Position numbers and translations under genes: made by a program. A model generated the notes under the pieces. The model was given only the letters and a program-made list of their open reading frames with translations, was not told the origin of the DNA and ran no database searches. A DNA stretch of 64,000 bases from Pyrodictiaceae archaeon (lineage in GTDB: Archaea; Thermoproteota; Thermoprotei_A; Sulfolobales; Pyrodictiaceae), in the NCBI GenBank assembly GCA_027036135.1, contig JALVSY010000007.1:100880-164879 (forward strand), in the 5' to 3' direction. Of the stretch, positions 9,754 to 19,676 are shown piece by piece. Numbering within the stretch: position 1 is the stretch's first letter; the number at the start of each line of letters is the position of its first letter.

Positions 9754-10566
9754 TTGAGTAGCGTCCAGGGTCTTCTTAGAAAGTATCGTGGCCTCGTAGA
9801 GAGCCTTGGGGGCGTTGAGGAGCAGGTGTTTGGGCAGCGAGGCGTTTTCTCTGTTCACGGCTTGCTCGCTGGCCTCTACGCGTACACTGCTGGGCTACGC
9901 GCTGGTCTCGACGCGGAGGCGTTGTTCGTGGCAACGGTTCTGAATGAGGCTACGCGGCTACTGGAGAGGCGCATAGGTGATGTGTGCCCGCATCGCCGCG
10001 GAGAATTGCTCGTGGAGGCTCTCCGGGGCGCTGGGTACCCCGAGGAGCTAGTGGAGCGCGTGAAGAGGGTTCTTGACGACCCTGTGGCTGCGAGGATAGT
10101 TGTTGATGCTGCCTCGCTCGCGAAGCTCTCCCTGCCTGGCTTCGTTGGGCTCGTCTACTCTCGCATAGCCCGGGGTAGTGACCTCTTGGCAGGGTTCCTC
10201 GAGGCAGTCTCCAAGGAGCTCACCGCTATACAGAACCTTGGCTGCCTACTAGGCACGAGCACCACGAGGGAGCTGGGCGAGGAGCTTGCGCGGCAGCTAA
10301 GCGAGACAATAATGCAGGGTATAAGGAGCCTAGAGGGGCTAGGAGTACCGATAAGGCTTGCTGAAAAGAGAGTAAATGATCATGTCGTTGTTGTCGCGGA
10401 GCCGGGGCACTGCCCCCGCTGTGGCCACGAGCTAGAGATAGGGGAGGAGGCCAACCCGGGGTGCGGTGGGCTAAGGAGGACCTACCGGTGCCCTAGCTGC
10501 GGCTGGGAGATGAGGGTCACGGTCTGCCCACCACCGCCCTGTAGGCAGGAAGAGAAACAATCCTAG
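9754..10566 (+). CDS. Degenerate HD-fold-like protein with C-terminal Zn ribbon
   Basis: ATVLNE where HD proteins have LLHD; ARIVVDAASLAKL; CPRC...CPSC. Confidence 0.5.
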   Translation: MSSVQGLLRKYRGLVESLGGVEEQVFGQRGVFSVHGLLAGLYAYTAGLRAGLDAEALFVATVLNEATRLLERRIGDVCPHRRGELLVEALRGAGYPEELVERVKRVLDDPVAARIVVDAASLAKLSLPGFVGLVYSRIARGSDLLAGFLEAVSKELTAIQNLGCLLGTSTTRELGEELARQLSETIMQGIRSLEGLGVPIRLAEKRVNDHVVVVAEPGHCPRCGHELEIGEEANPGCGGLRRTYRCPSCGWEMRVTVCPPPPCRQEEKQS

Positions 10567-10639
10567 CACGGGGCTGCCTCACATTTTCTACCGATACCTT
10601 GCCTTCCCTACCGAGGAGCCCCTGGGTTTATTCCTGGCT

Positions 10640-12073
10640 TTGCTACAGCTAGAATATTATACTCTGAGTGTAGTATCTCTAGGTGTAACCAGGGTTGCTG
10701 GGGGATTGGTTGAGCCTAGCGTGTTCGTTGACCGTGGGCACGAGTTATCGCTTCTCGAGGAGCTGTGGCGTAGCGGGGAGCCCGGGTTAGTCATAGTTTA
10801 TGGTCGTAGGCGTGTTGGTAAGACGAGGCTCCTGCTCGAGTGGGGGAGGGGGAAGAGGCTTGTCTATTACCAGGCTAGTCTATGGGGGCATGAGCAGAAC
10901 CTCCAGGGGCTAGTCGAGGCTATTGTCGAGCAGCTTGGCCTCGAGGAGCTCAGGGAGTTCAAGCCTAGTAATCTGAGGGCGTTGCTGCGCCTACTAACTA
11001 GGCTAGTGGGCAACGAGAGACTAGTCCTAGTTATTGACGAGTTTAGTTACTGGCTTCGCGTCGCCGAGCCAGTGCTGGCTGATATACAGTGGTTTGTTGA
11101 CCACGTCCTACCCTCTACCCGGATACTGCTCGTGTTATCGGGGAGCATTATTGGGCTCATGGAGCGAAGCGTCGCTGGGACGGGGGCACCGCTCTATGGA
11201 AGGGCCAGGCTAAGGATTAGGCTAGACGAGCTACCGCCGTGGTGCCTCCCCTTCTTCGCACCGGGGTACAGTGCGGAGCAATTGGTTGAGTTGTACTCGT
11301 TGCTCGGCGGTATCCCCCACTATCTCCGCTTGGTTGATGACTCCCTGGAGCCCCTGGAGGCCTGGCTAAGACTATTCGGCCCTGGAGGCGTGTTGCAGGA
11401 CGAGCCCTTGTTCATAATGAGGGAGGAGTTCCGCGACCCCCATCCCTACCTCTCACTGGCCCGGGGCCTCGCGCCGGGACCGACTAGCCTAGGCAAGGCT
11501 GCTAGCGCTGCTGGTATGCCGACGAGCCACGCCTCTAGGTACATGTACGCGCTCGTCAGCCTCGGCTTCGTTGAGGAGGTGCCGCTCCTCTTCTATAAGC
11601 GTAGGCGCCTCTACCGCCTAAGGGATAAGGCTCTCCGCTCCTGGCTATACCTGCTAGAGCCCCTCCTCATATCGTCTCCTAGGTCGATGCAGAGGCTAAG
11701 GGAGAGATTCACCCACGTAGTCGCTACCACGTGGGAGGAGCTAGCCGAGAAGCACTCAACAACAGTGCTCGCCCCTGGCCAGGGAATCAAGCCAACTATG
11801 GCTGGGAAGTTGCTCTCGCGGGGAGAGGAGATCGACTGGGTGATAATAGATAGTGATAGGGAGCGGGTGCTAGGCGTTGAGGCCAAGTGGAGCGACCTAG
11901 GCCCCCGGGACGCGGAGAGAATAGTGGAGGAGACAAGGAGGAAGATAGCGGCGTTGCTGCCTGCTAGGCTCCGGGGCTACCGCGTCGACGTGGTTATCTA
12001 TGCTAGGAGTTGTGAGGGCTGCGACAACGTTGTCACGGCGAGGGATCTGCCCTGGAAAACAATGTGCAAATAG
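10640..12073 (+). CDS. Archaeal ATPase (AAA+ with DUF234-like nuclease-fold tail)
   Basis: FVDRGHEL, YGRRRVGKT, LVIDEF, EIDW..GVEAKW; likely start TTG 10706. Confidence 0.9.
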   Translation: MLQLEYYTLSVVSLGVTRVAGGLVEPSVFVDRGHELSLLEELWRSGEPGLVIVYGRRRVGKTRLLLEWGRGKRLVYYQASLWGHEQNLQGLVEAIVEQLGLEELREFKPSNLRALLRLLTRLVGNERLVLVIDEFSYWLRVAEPVLADIQWFVDHVLPSTRILLVLSGSIIGLMERSVAGTGAPLYGRARLRIRLDELPPWCLPFFAPGYSAEQLVELYSLLGGIPHYLRLVDDSLEPLEAWLRLFGPGGVLQDEPLFIMREEFRDPHPYLSLARGLAPGPTSLGKAASAAGMPTSHASRYMYALVSLGFVEEVPLLFYKRRRLYRLRDKALRSWLYLLEPLLISSPRSMQRLRERFTHVVATTWEELAEKHSTTVLAPGQGIKPTMAGKLLSRGEEIDWVIIDSDRERVLGVEAKWSDLGPRDAERIVEETRRKIAALLPARLRGYRVDVVIYARSCEGCDNVVTARDLPWKTMCK

Positions 12074-12092
12074 AGAGGATATTTATGGAGAC

Positions 12093-13073
12093 TTAGTGCT
12101 CCTCGGCTACCGTGTCGCGGTGGCTGGCTAGTATTCTTAGCTTTTTGAGGGCTTCTGTGAAGGGTATTAGGTCTAGTGGAGCGCTCGTGGTGAGCGCTAT
12201 CCTTGACTCCTTGCAGGCCCCGCTGACCTCTCTTAGTGCTTTCCTGGTTCTCTCCACGGGGTCGGGATAGATGCTCCTAGCATTGATTACTCCGAGGCCT
12301 ATTCCCCGGGGACAGGCCTTCCCAAGGGCCTCTACTGCCTTGCTGGGTGCGTCAACATAGCTTATCGCCACGTAGTCCGCCTTAGCCCCTGCTAGCTCCT
12401 CCATTGCCTCGGGGCTCGGCGGGTGATAATAAACCGAGAGTATCTTCTCGCCCCCGGCGCCAGCGAAGTACTTGTTGAACAGCTCCCTCACCAGGGCAGC
12501 ATGCTCTTTAGTAGCGTCGGGGTCTCCTAGCCAGGGCTCAGCAACCTCGAACCCAGCAGCACCGACCTCAACAGCGCGGCGAGCCTCCTCGCCAAGAATC
12601 CTTGCAACCTCCTCGACAACGTCCTCGAAGCGGAGCCCACCGAGATCAGAGAGCATAGTGAACGTCACGGGCCCGGGAAGCACGACCTTGAATCCATGGC
12701 CCTTGGGGAGCCTCGCTGAGTACAACTTGGCGCGGCCAGGGAGAACCCACCTAGCGGGATCGGGCTTGTCGCGGAACACTGGTACGCGGTAGAAGAAGTT
12801 GTTGTCAAAGAACCTCTGCAGCCCAGCTATCGCCACATTCCTCCACGCCTCGGCGAAGGGGCGGAGCAAGTCATGCCACGAGAGAACCGGGTCGCTGACG
12901 AGCCTGTAGCCCAGCCCAACCTGTGCACCAATAACCAGTAGCTCCTCCATGAATATCGTCCGCTCAGCCTCCAAGACTGGCAACACACCGTTATCTAGGT
13001 CGCGCATAGCATGCCTAGCATTATCGCTGCGAGGAAACCCTCCCAGCACAAAAGCCTCAACCAAGACCCCCAA
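12093..13073 (-). CDS. Cobalamin-independent methionine synthase-like single barrel, probably the non-catalytic half of split MetE
   Basis: GGFPRS, RFFDNNFFYRVP, KVVLPGPVTF, LGVINAR; no HxC or PDCG Zn ligands. Confidence 0.75.
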   Translation of the reverse strand: MGVLVEAFVLGGFPRSDNARHAMRDLDNGVLPVLEAERTIFMEELLVIGAQVGLGYRLVSDPVLSWHDLLRPFAEAWRNVAIAGLQRFFDNNFFYRVPVFRDKPDPARWVLPGRAKLYSARLPKGHGFKVVLPGPVTFTMLSDLGGLRFEDVVEEVARILGEEARRAVEVGAAGFEVAEPWLGDPDATKEHAALVRELFNKYFAGAGGEKILSVYYHPPSPEAMEELAGAKADYVAISYVDAPSKAVEALGKACPRGIGLGVINARSIYPDPVERTRKALREVSGACKESRIALTTSAPLDLIPFTEALKKLRILASHRDTVAEEH

Positions 13074-13247
13074 TCCCCCAAGCCAAGAGAACCACTCGCT
13101 ACGAGACTGGGAAGTCCTCTAAGCAATAAAAGCACTTTCTCATAACATAGTCATCAATTAGGCTAAGCTGAATGAACCATGGAAAACACGACTCACGACA
13201 ATATACTCCTAAGCCGAATATTCTTAGCAATGATAACAGGCACGGCA

Positions 13248-13350
13248 CTACCTATTTTCCCTATCCTGGCGTATTAGCGGCGTACTATCGCTCACCTTTT
13301 TCATTACTGAAAGGTTCTCTCTTAGGATCTCGGCGAGCCTCACCATTTCT
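13248..13350 (-). pseudogene. C-terminal remnant of a VapB-like antitoxin
   Basis: Minus strand reads MVRLAEILRENLSVMKKVSDSTPLIRQDRENR*; DS..LIR.DR is a typical archaeal VapB tail; boundaries approximate. Confidence 0.4.
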
Positions 13351-13673
13351 TCACGCCTATGATCCTTCTCGGAGCACTTAGGCCCACAATCCCTGTTCAT
13401 ACTGTGACGCCTCGCACCTATTCTAGTACCTTTTTCGTTGAAAGGTCGCGGTTATAGCTTATCCTAATCACCTATGCCGCGACCAAGCTATAGGCAGTTG
13501 TGATGGGTAATGGGGGTGCGTCGGCCAGCAGCCCCTTCTCGTCATCAATGGCTCGGCTCCGCGGTTTCTCCCCACCGGGGACAGATTGGCTCCAGTTATT
13601 CATTATTGGGCTTATTGAGAGTGTTAGGGTTTTGTCTCCTCTCGGAACAAGCGTGTTAAGGGATTCCTCGCTG

Positions 13674-14360
13674 ATGGGTGGTGCTTGCTCTGTGAATAGA
13701 CTTGTTTACTTGTCTAGGACGTCTCTCCTAGTGTTTCACAGCGTTGCTCCGTTATTTCGGCGCTTGTGGAGGCTTGGCGACATGGTTTTCTTTGTTCCTC
13801 GTGGTGTCTTTAACCCGGTTGTCTCGGTCTCTTCTGCTTTGCTTGTGGAGCTTGTTAGGAGGTATGCTAGGGGCCTTGTTGTTGATGTTGGGTGTGGCTC
13901 TGGTGTGCTCAGCGTCGCTGCTGCTAAGCAGCCTCGCGTGGATCTGGTTCTCGGTGTTGATTCATCTCTTGTCAGTGTCGCGGCTACCTGTGTCAATGCC
14001 CGGCTCAACGGGGTGGAGGATAGGATTCGTTGCTATCCTTCGTGGAGACGCCTCCTAGGAGAGGTTACTAGCCGCGGCGGCGCCGACACCGTTATCGTTA
14101 ATCCCCCGTATCTTCCCTGCGACCCCTTGTTAGTGGGCGAGGAGGCGTGGTGCGGGGGCAGGGACCTGGGCATCGCTCTTGGGCTCTTGGGTCTCGGCCT
14201 AGGGCTTCTCCGGGACAGTGGCGTGCTCTTGGCTAGCTTCTCTAGCCTAAGCGGGTCCAGGATACCAGGCTTTCTACGGAGCAGGGCTAGGTGTTTCGAC
14301 AAGGTATCTAGGAGGATCGGGGCCGAGGAGATAGTGGCGGTCGCGTGTAGGCCTGCATAG
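13674..14360 (+). CDS. Class I SAM-dependent methyltransferase (HemK/PrmC-like)
   Basis: VDVGCGSG and IVNPPY motifs; the ORF track extends upstream to 13500. Confidence 0.85.
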   Translation: MGGACSVNRLVYLSRTSLLVFHSVAPLFRRLWRLGDMVFFVPRGVFNPVVSVSSALLVELVRRYARGLVVDVGCGSGVLSVAAAKQPRVDLVLGVDSSLVSVAATCVNARLNGVEDRIRCYPSWRRLLGEVTSRGGADTVIVNPPYLPCDPLLVGEEAWCGGRDLGIALGLLGLGLGLLRDSGVLLASFSSLSGSRIPGFLRSRARCFDKVSRRIGAEEIVAVACRPA

Positions 14361-14457
14361 GAGCCCTTTATTGTCGTCTCAGGGGCTTTGTCCTATCTAT
14401 TTATTCCCCTTCTCGGCGCTATGTGTTTCTCCTCCCTAGAGAGGGGCTTTTGGGGCC

Positions 14458-15495
14458 TTGAGGACAGGGGTAATAATAGCGCTCATAGTTGTTGGCGCGT
14501 TGCTGCTACTCGCCGCCCGTGTCTTGGAGCAGCCGTTGCTCGGGATGGGTGCTGCGCTTCTCCTAGTGGCTGTTTTCGGCGAGCTAGCCGTGTATGGCGT
14601 GGAGGGCCTCTCGGCCCGCGTAGGGCTAAGCGGCTATGCGTCGAGCGTTGTTGTTAACACTATAGCTGTGCTACCTGAGCTCTTCTCTGCGCTCGCTCTC
14701 GGGCTACGGGCGCTTGGTGCTGGGAACCAGTGGCTCGCGGAGATAGCTTTGCTCTCGGTGCTGGTTAGTGCCTCCTTTAACTTCGTCGTGCTGGGCTTGG
14801 TAGGCCTAATAGCGAGGGGTGTTGGTGTAGCGGAGGAGACGTTGCACCTAGAGCTCCCTTGATGAGGGTCACTGTTGCCTCGGTGGCCCTTCTCTCAGCC
14901 TACGCGGTCATAGAGGCTGGTCTCGGCTCCATCCATGGCTCTATTAGGGCCCCGGTAGCGCTTCTCGTCGCGCAGCTAGTCTTCTGGGCCTACTACGTAG
15001 CAATGGCTGTTAGGAGCGGGCTAGGCGGGGAGAGACGCGAGGCTCCGCGTGGCTGGCTAGTCCTCTTAGTAACGGGTATACTTGGTTATGGTCTTCTCCG
15101 CGGAGATGTTGGCGGGGAGCATTGAGGAGATGATACACAGCCTCCACATAGAGCACATAGGTGAAGCAGCGCTAGCCGTGGGGGTAGCGAGTAGTGCGCC
15201 CGAGGCAGTACTAGCACTACTAGCCACGAGGAAGGGAAAGGCACAAGAGGCTACCGGGGGCTTGCTGGCGGCTTCCTCCACGTCTCTTCTCCTCATCTAC
15301 CCCCTGGTCTATATGCCGCTAGCCAAGGCCTTGCCAATGGACGCGTTCACGACCTACACGCTCGCGATGCTCGCAGCGATACTCTGGGTCACGAAGAGGA
15401 GCCTAGCACACGAGAATATGCTAGACACCGGCGAGGCTCTATACATACTCGTACTAGCCTCCACCGCGATGGCAACGCTAGCAGCAGTGAAATAG
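14458..15495 (+). pseudogene. Sodium/calcium exchanger family protein with two frameshifts
   Basis: Alpha repeats AVLPELFSA and ASSAPEAVLA lie in three ORFs; frames join at CTCCCTTG (~14856) and GGTTATGG (~15085). Confidence 0.7.
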
Positions 15496-15644
15496 CATAG
15501 GGACTGGGCCTTAACTGCTATCCTCCTTGGCTTAGGTAATGTAGAATTCATTATATCTCAGCGCTTTTTATCCTTCGGCCAGCCTCTCCTCATAAATCAT
15601 ACCTCTTCGACTGGAGGCGTAACCTTCTTGGCTCAAGCAATGCT

Positions 15645-16853
15645 GTGGAGCAGGCACTAGCTAGGCGAGGGATTGTAACTGCCTTGTCTCTGTGGGTTAC
15701 GTTGGGCGGTGTTAGCCAAGCGTTACTAGGCCTAGTGGAGATAGTGCTGTATACCTTCATTGCCTACCAAGGAGGAGTCTCTGGTACCTCCCTTGCCCTA
15801 CTAGCCGCTGCTTGGAGCTTTGTGTTCTTCGTCGCTAGTCGCTTAATGGCTCCTAGTGCCGAGGCTGGGTGCAACAAGGGCCTCGGCCTAGTAGCGCTTG
15901 TCTCTATGATTGCTAGTGTTGTCTCCTTCGCGGCGCTCCGCAGCCTTATTGGTGCCGCCGCTGCGTTCCTATTCCATGCCGTGGCCTCGGCCTCGCTGAG
16001 CGTCTCGCTGGGGCTCACATCGATGGAGTATACTGAGTACAGGTACTGGGTGAGGATAGACATTGTTGAGCGTATCCTCAGCCTACTCTTCATCGGCGCT
16101 GTCCTAGTTGCTCTCGGGAGGAGGATTGTTACATGGTCGCCTCTCGAGATGATGCTGGCTGGTCTCGGCGCCGTCGCCGCCTATTATGCCGCTATACCGC
16201 CCGTGGTGCTCGACTTCGAAAGAAGATACTACAGGTTCAATAGGTACGTGGAGAGCATAAGGGGTTACGTGCATGCCATGAGTGTTCTTAGCTACATAGG
16301 CTCTCCCCGAGTCATGGAGGCGGCTTATTCACGGATAAGGGCGAGGATACCGAGCTACCTGAGCCCCGAGAGAGTCGCTCTAGGAGCGCTACTAGCAACC
16401 GCTGTCGGAGAGTACATAATGGCTGTTCTCCCAGTCAACATGAGGGACATAATGGCACTGACCACGCTGTGGCAGGGATACGGCTACGCAGCGATAATAA
16501 CAGCTATAGCTCTGCTGCCAATAGCACTTACCCAGAGAACGAGCCCAGTACTAGCTGGCTCCCTCTCACTTCTCCGAGGCGTTGTACTCGTAGCCTTCTT
16601 CCCCTTGCTCCGCACTATAAGGGATATAGCACTCTACGTAGCCGCTTCCTCGATACTCTTCGGCATAATAGACGCTATACTCGCGAACTACTTCGTTGAC
16701 GCCGCCTATGCGCGCAGGGGAACCTTTTACCAAGCAATGAGGGAGATAGGAAGCGTGGTAGGCCCCTTGCTTGCAGCAGCGCTGTACGGCACGGGCTTGT
16801 TCGGCCCAGTAGCAATAACCCTAGCCATATTCTCCCTTATAGTCCTGCTTTAG
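15645..16853 (+). CDS. MFS-like multi-pass membrane protein
   Basis: About 12 hydrophobic segments with a central loop; REIGSVVGPLLA. Confidence 0.6.
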   Translation: MEQALARRGIVTALSLWVTLGGVSQALLGLVEIVLYTFIAYQGGVSGTSLALLAAAWSFVFFVASRLMAPSAEAGCNKGLGLVALVSMIASVVSFAALRSLIGAAAAFLFHAVASASLSVSLGLTSMEYTEYRYWVRIDIVERILSLLFIGAVLVALGRRIVTWSPLEMMLAGLGAVAAYYAAIPPVVLDFERRYYRFNRYVESIRGYVHAMSVLSYIGSPRVMEAAYSRIRARIPSYLSPERVALGALLATAVGEYIMAVLPVNMRDIMALTTLWQGYGYAAIITAIALLPIALTQRTSPVLAGSLSLLRGVVLVAFFPLLRTIRDIALYVAASSILFGIIDAILANYFVDAAYARRGTFYQAMREIGSVVGPLLAAALYGTGLFGPVAITLAIFSLIVLL

Positions 16854-16866
16854 GCTTTGGAGAAGA

Positions 16867-17355
16867 ATGGGGTGTTTCCAAAAACCTATTTTAGCCCGTG
16901 ACAAAATACTTCTTAGTACTTTAACTTGGGTGAAAGGAGCCACGACGATATCTCTCCGAGATGCAATAGCTTATTTGCTCTGGCGGCACGGGTGCCTCCA
17001 TGCGTACCGGATTAGCAGGATACTAGTGCTCGCTAACTGGAGGGCCGAGGAGAAGCTAGGCAAACCAATAACACGGTTCAGCGTCGAGGGCTTTGAGGCA
17101 GGCTTCGTTATACCCGAGATAGGCGAGATAAAGGAGAAGGTCAAGAAAGGGGAGGAGAAATGCATAGTGCCAAACGAGGAGAAGAAGTGCTTCGAGTACA
17201 CCTGCAACGAGCCGGTCAACATACCCCCGGAGTACGCCGAGATAATAGACCAGGTAGCAGAGGAGACGAAGAACCTGGACGATGTCTCCCTTAACCGCCT
17301 TGTTATCCGTGATCCGCGCTACAGGGAGCTCCTCGGAAAAGGTGGGTTCCGGTGA
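16867..17355 (+). CDS. Hypothetical protein resembling a divergent Panacea (DUF4065/SocA) domain
   Basis: RISRILVLANW...LGKPIT...GFVIPEI and EIIDQVAEE..NL...L follow the DUF4065 pattern. Confidence 0.45.
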   Translation: MGCFQKPILARDKILLSTLTWVKGATTISLRDAIAYLLWRHGCLHAYRISRILVLANWRAEEKLGKPITRFSVEGFEAGFVIPEIGEIKEKVKKGEEKCIVPNEEKKCFEYTCNEPVNIPPEYAEIIDQVAEETKNLDDVSLNRLVIRDPRYRELLGKGGFR

Positions 17356-18239
17356 GAGTAAAGCTCGCCGTCACCGGGGGTAAGGGTGGTACTGGTAAGA
17401 GCACAGTAGCCACTAACCTCGCTGCTCTCCTGGCCCGTGAGAGGAGACTAGTATTAGCGGATCTCGACGTAGAGGCCCCTAATGACCATATCCTGCTCGG
17501 GGTGGGCCTCGAGAACGAGGAGCCTGTGAAGATAATGCTGCCATTCATAGACTACAAGAAGTGCACTAGGTGCGGCGTTTGCGCAGAGGTCTGTGACACG
17601 GGGGCAATAGTGCTTACCCGGGACAAGACGCCTTACGTTGTGCCGCGTCTCTGTAGCGGGTGCCGTGCCTGCTACTTCGCGTGCCCAGAGAAAGCGATAA
17701 TCGAGGGACAGCGCGTAATAGGCTACACCTATCACACAAATGTCCGGCTCAAGACGAGTAGCTTCGACCTAGTAACCGGGGTTCTGAGGGAGGGCGAAGA
17801 GCACACCCCGCCAGTGGTCTTAGCGGCTAGGCGCCGAGCAATGAAGCTAGCCAATGACGTTCTACTCGTTGATACGAGCGCTGGCACTGCTAGCCATGTA
17901 GCGATAGCGCTTGAGGGCTCCAAGCTAGCAGTAGCTGTTACGGAGCCCACGCCGCTAGGGCTCCACGACCTAGAGATGATTCTGAAAATACTGAGCGAGC
18001 AGGGAATAGAGGCATGGGTCGTAGTTAATCGCTGGGGGATAGGCTCCTCAGGGAGAATGATGGACCGGCTAGCCGAGACCGCTAGGAACTACGGCGCCGT
18101 CATCAAGGCACGTATACCCTACTCCAGGGACATCGTGGACTCCTACGTCAAGGGAGTACCCATAGTTGAGATGCTCCCTGATCACGAGGTCTCGAAGGTC
18201 TTCTACTCACTAGCCAAGGAGATACTCGAGACGATCTAG
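17352..18239 (+). CDS. MinD-superfamily P-loop ATPase with inserted 2[4Fe-4S] ferredoxin domain
   Basis: GGKGGTGKS, DLDVEAPN, CTRCGVC...C, CSGCRAC...CP, VTEPT. Confidence 0.92.
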   Translation: MRVKLAVTGGKGGTGKSTVATNLAALLARERRLVLADLDVEAPNDHILLGVGLENEEPVKIMLPFIDYKKCTRCGVCAEVCDTGAIVLTRDKTPYVVPRLCSGCRACYFACPEKAIIEGQRVIGYTYHTNVRLKTSSFDLVTGVLREGEEHTPPVVLAARRRAMKLANDVLLVDTSAGTASHVAIALEGSKLAVAVTEPTPLGLHDLEMILKILSEQGIEAWVVVNRWGIGSSGRMMDRLAETARNYGAVIKARIPYSRDIVDSYVKGVPIVEMLPDHEVSKVFYSLAKEILETI

Positions 18240-18259
18240 GCAAGCGGGGTGAGCGGGGA

Positions 18260-19237
18260 ATGCCCCTCGAGATAGCGGTTGCGAGCGGGAAGGGGGGAGT
18301 TGGCAAGAGCACGGTCTCCTCCACGCTAGCGCTCTACCTCAAGGAGAGAGGCTATAACATCATAGCTGTTGACGCTGACGCTGATGCCCCTAATCTCCAC
18401 CTAGTACTCGAGGTTAAGTCGTGGGAGCAGGAGGAGGGGTTTAGCGATGCCTGGGTATCAGAGATAGACTACTCGCGGTGCACTAACTGCGGTGTATGCG
18501 CAGAGGTATGCCCCTACGAGGCAGTAAGCTTCACGAATGGCAAGTACGTGATTAACCCGGTTATATGTGAGGGCTGCCTAACATGTGCACTAGTCTGCCC
18601 CGAGAAGGCTATCCGGAGAAAGCGCGTAGAGAGGGGAGTGATAAGGCTCGCTAAGACCCGGTACGGGTTCCCGCTCTGGACAGCCGAGCTAATGCCCGGT
18701 AGACCCAATACTGGCAAGCTGGTAACCGAGATAAAGAACCGCGCAAAGGCAATGGCGGGGAAGGACACAGTAATAGTTGTTGACTCCGCTGCTGGGATAG
18801 GGTGCCAGGTAATATCCTCCCTAGCAGGAGCTAATGCAGCGATACTGGTGGCTGAGCCCACGCCTGCTAGCCTAAGCGACCTGAAAAGGGTACACACTAT
18901 TGCTAAGCAGTTCCTCCTACCCTCAGCCCTCGTAATAAACAAGTACGACATAAACCCAGAGTATGTTGACAAGATACTGGAGTACGCCAAGGAGGAGAAC
19001 ATCGACGTAATAGGCATGATACCCTACGACGACCACGTACCGAGAGCAGCGGCGGAGATGAAGCCCCTGGTAAAGCTCTACCCCGACTCCCCGGCAGCCA
19101 AGGCATTACTAGAGATAGCGAGAAGAATAGAAGAGACCATAGTGAGGAACTGGAGAGACTGGGCCCGCAAACACATGCCGAGAAAACCAGTACACTACAC
19201 ACCAATAGTTATCAAGCCCAAGGAGCTAGGCAGTTAA
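18260..19237 (+). CDS. Second MinD-superfamily ATPase with inserted ferredoxin domain
   Basis: SGKGGVGKS, DADADAPN, two CxxCxxCxxxCP motifs, GIGC. Confidence 0.92.
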   Translation: MPLEIAVASGKGGVGKSTVSSTLALYLKERGYNIIAVDADADAPNLHLVLEVKSWEQEEGFSDAWVSEIDYSRCTNCGVCAEVCPYEAVSFTNGKYVINPVICEGCLTCALVCPEKAIRRKRVERGVIRLAKTRYGFPLWTAELMPGRPNTGKLVTEIKNRAKAMAGKDTVIVVDSAAGIGCQVISSLAGANAAILVAEPTPASLSDLKRVHTIAKQFLLPSALVINKYDINPEYVDKILEYAKEENIDVIGMIPYDDHVPRAAAEMKPLVKLYPDSPAAKALLEIARRIEETIVRNWRDWARKHMPRKPVHYTPIVIKPKELGS

Positions 19238-19328
19238 CCCAGTACCTTCTCCATATATAACCTCTTTTACCCCAATAATGACCAAGCTATTCCCGGCTCG
19301 GAGAACGAGCCTAGGAGGTGACACATGC

Positions 19329-19676
19329 ATGCCCAAGATAGCCATAGCCTCGGAGAACGGCGGAGGACTAGACGACGTAGTCGCGTCACGGTTCGCCCGG
19401 GCCCCAAAGTTCACCATAGTTGAGCTAGACGAGAAGGGCAACATAGTCAATGTGAGGGTCATTGATAACCCGGGTGCACAGGCTACTGGCGGCGCAGCGA
19501 TAAAGGCTATACAGGCACTGATAAACGAGGGTGTCGACCTAGTCGTTGGGCCAGCGTTTGGCCCGAATGCACAAGCGGTATTGACGGAGATGAATATTAA
19601 GAGCATGACCGCGGCAGCGGGTACGAAGATAAGGGACATTGTTGAGCAGGCTAAAAAAGAGCTGGGGCTCGGCTAG
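19329..19676 (+). CDS. NifB/NifX family Fe-Mo cofactor-binding-like protein
   Basis: KIAIA, RFARAPKF, GPNA; the usual partner of the two ATPases. Confidence 0.88.
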   Translation: MPKIAIASENGGGLDDVVASRFARAPKFTIVELDEKGNIVNVRVIDNPGAQATGGAAIKAIQALINEGVDLVVGPAFGPNAQAVLTEMNIKSMTAAAGTKIRDIVEQAKKELGLG

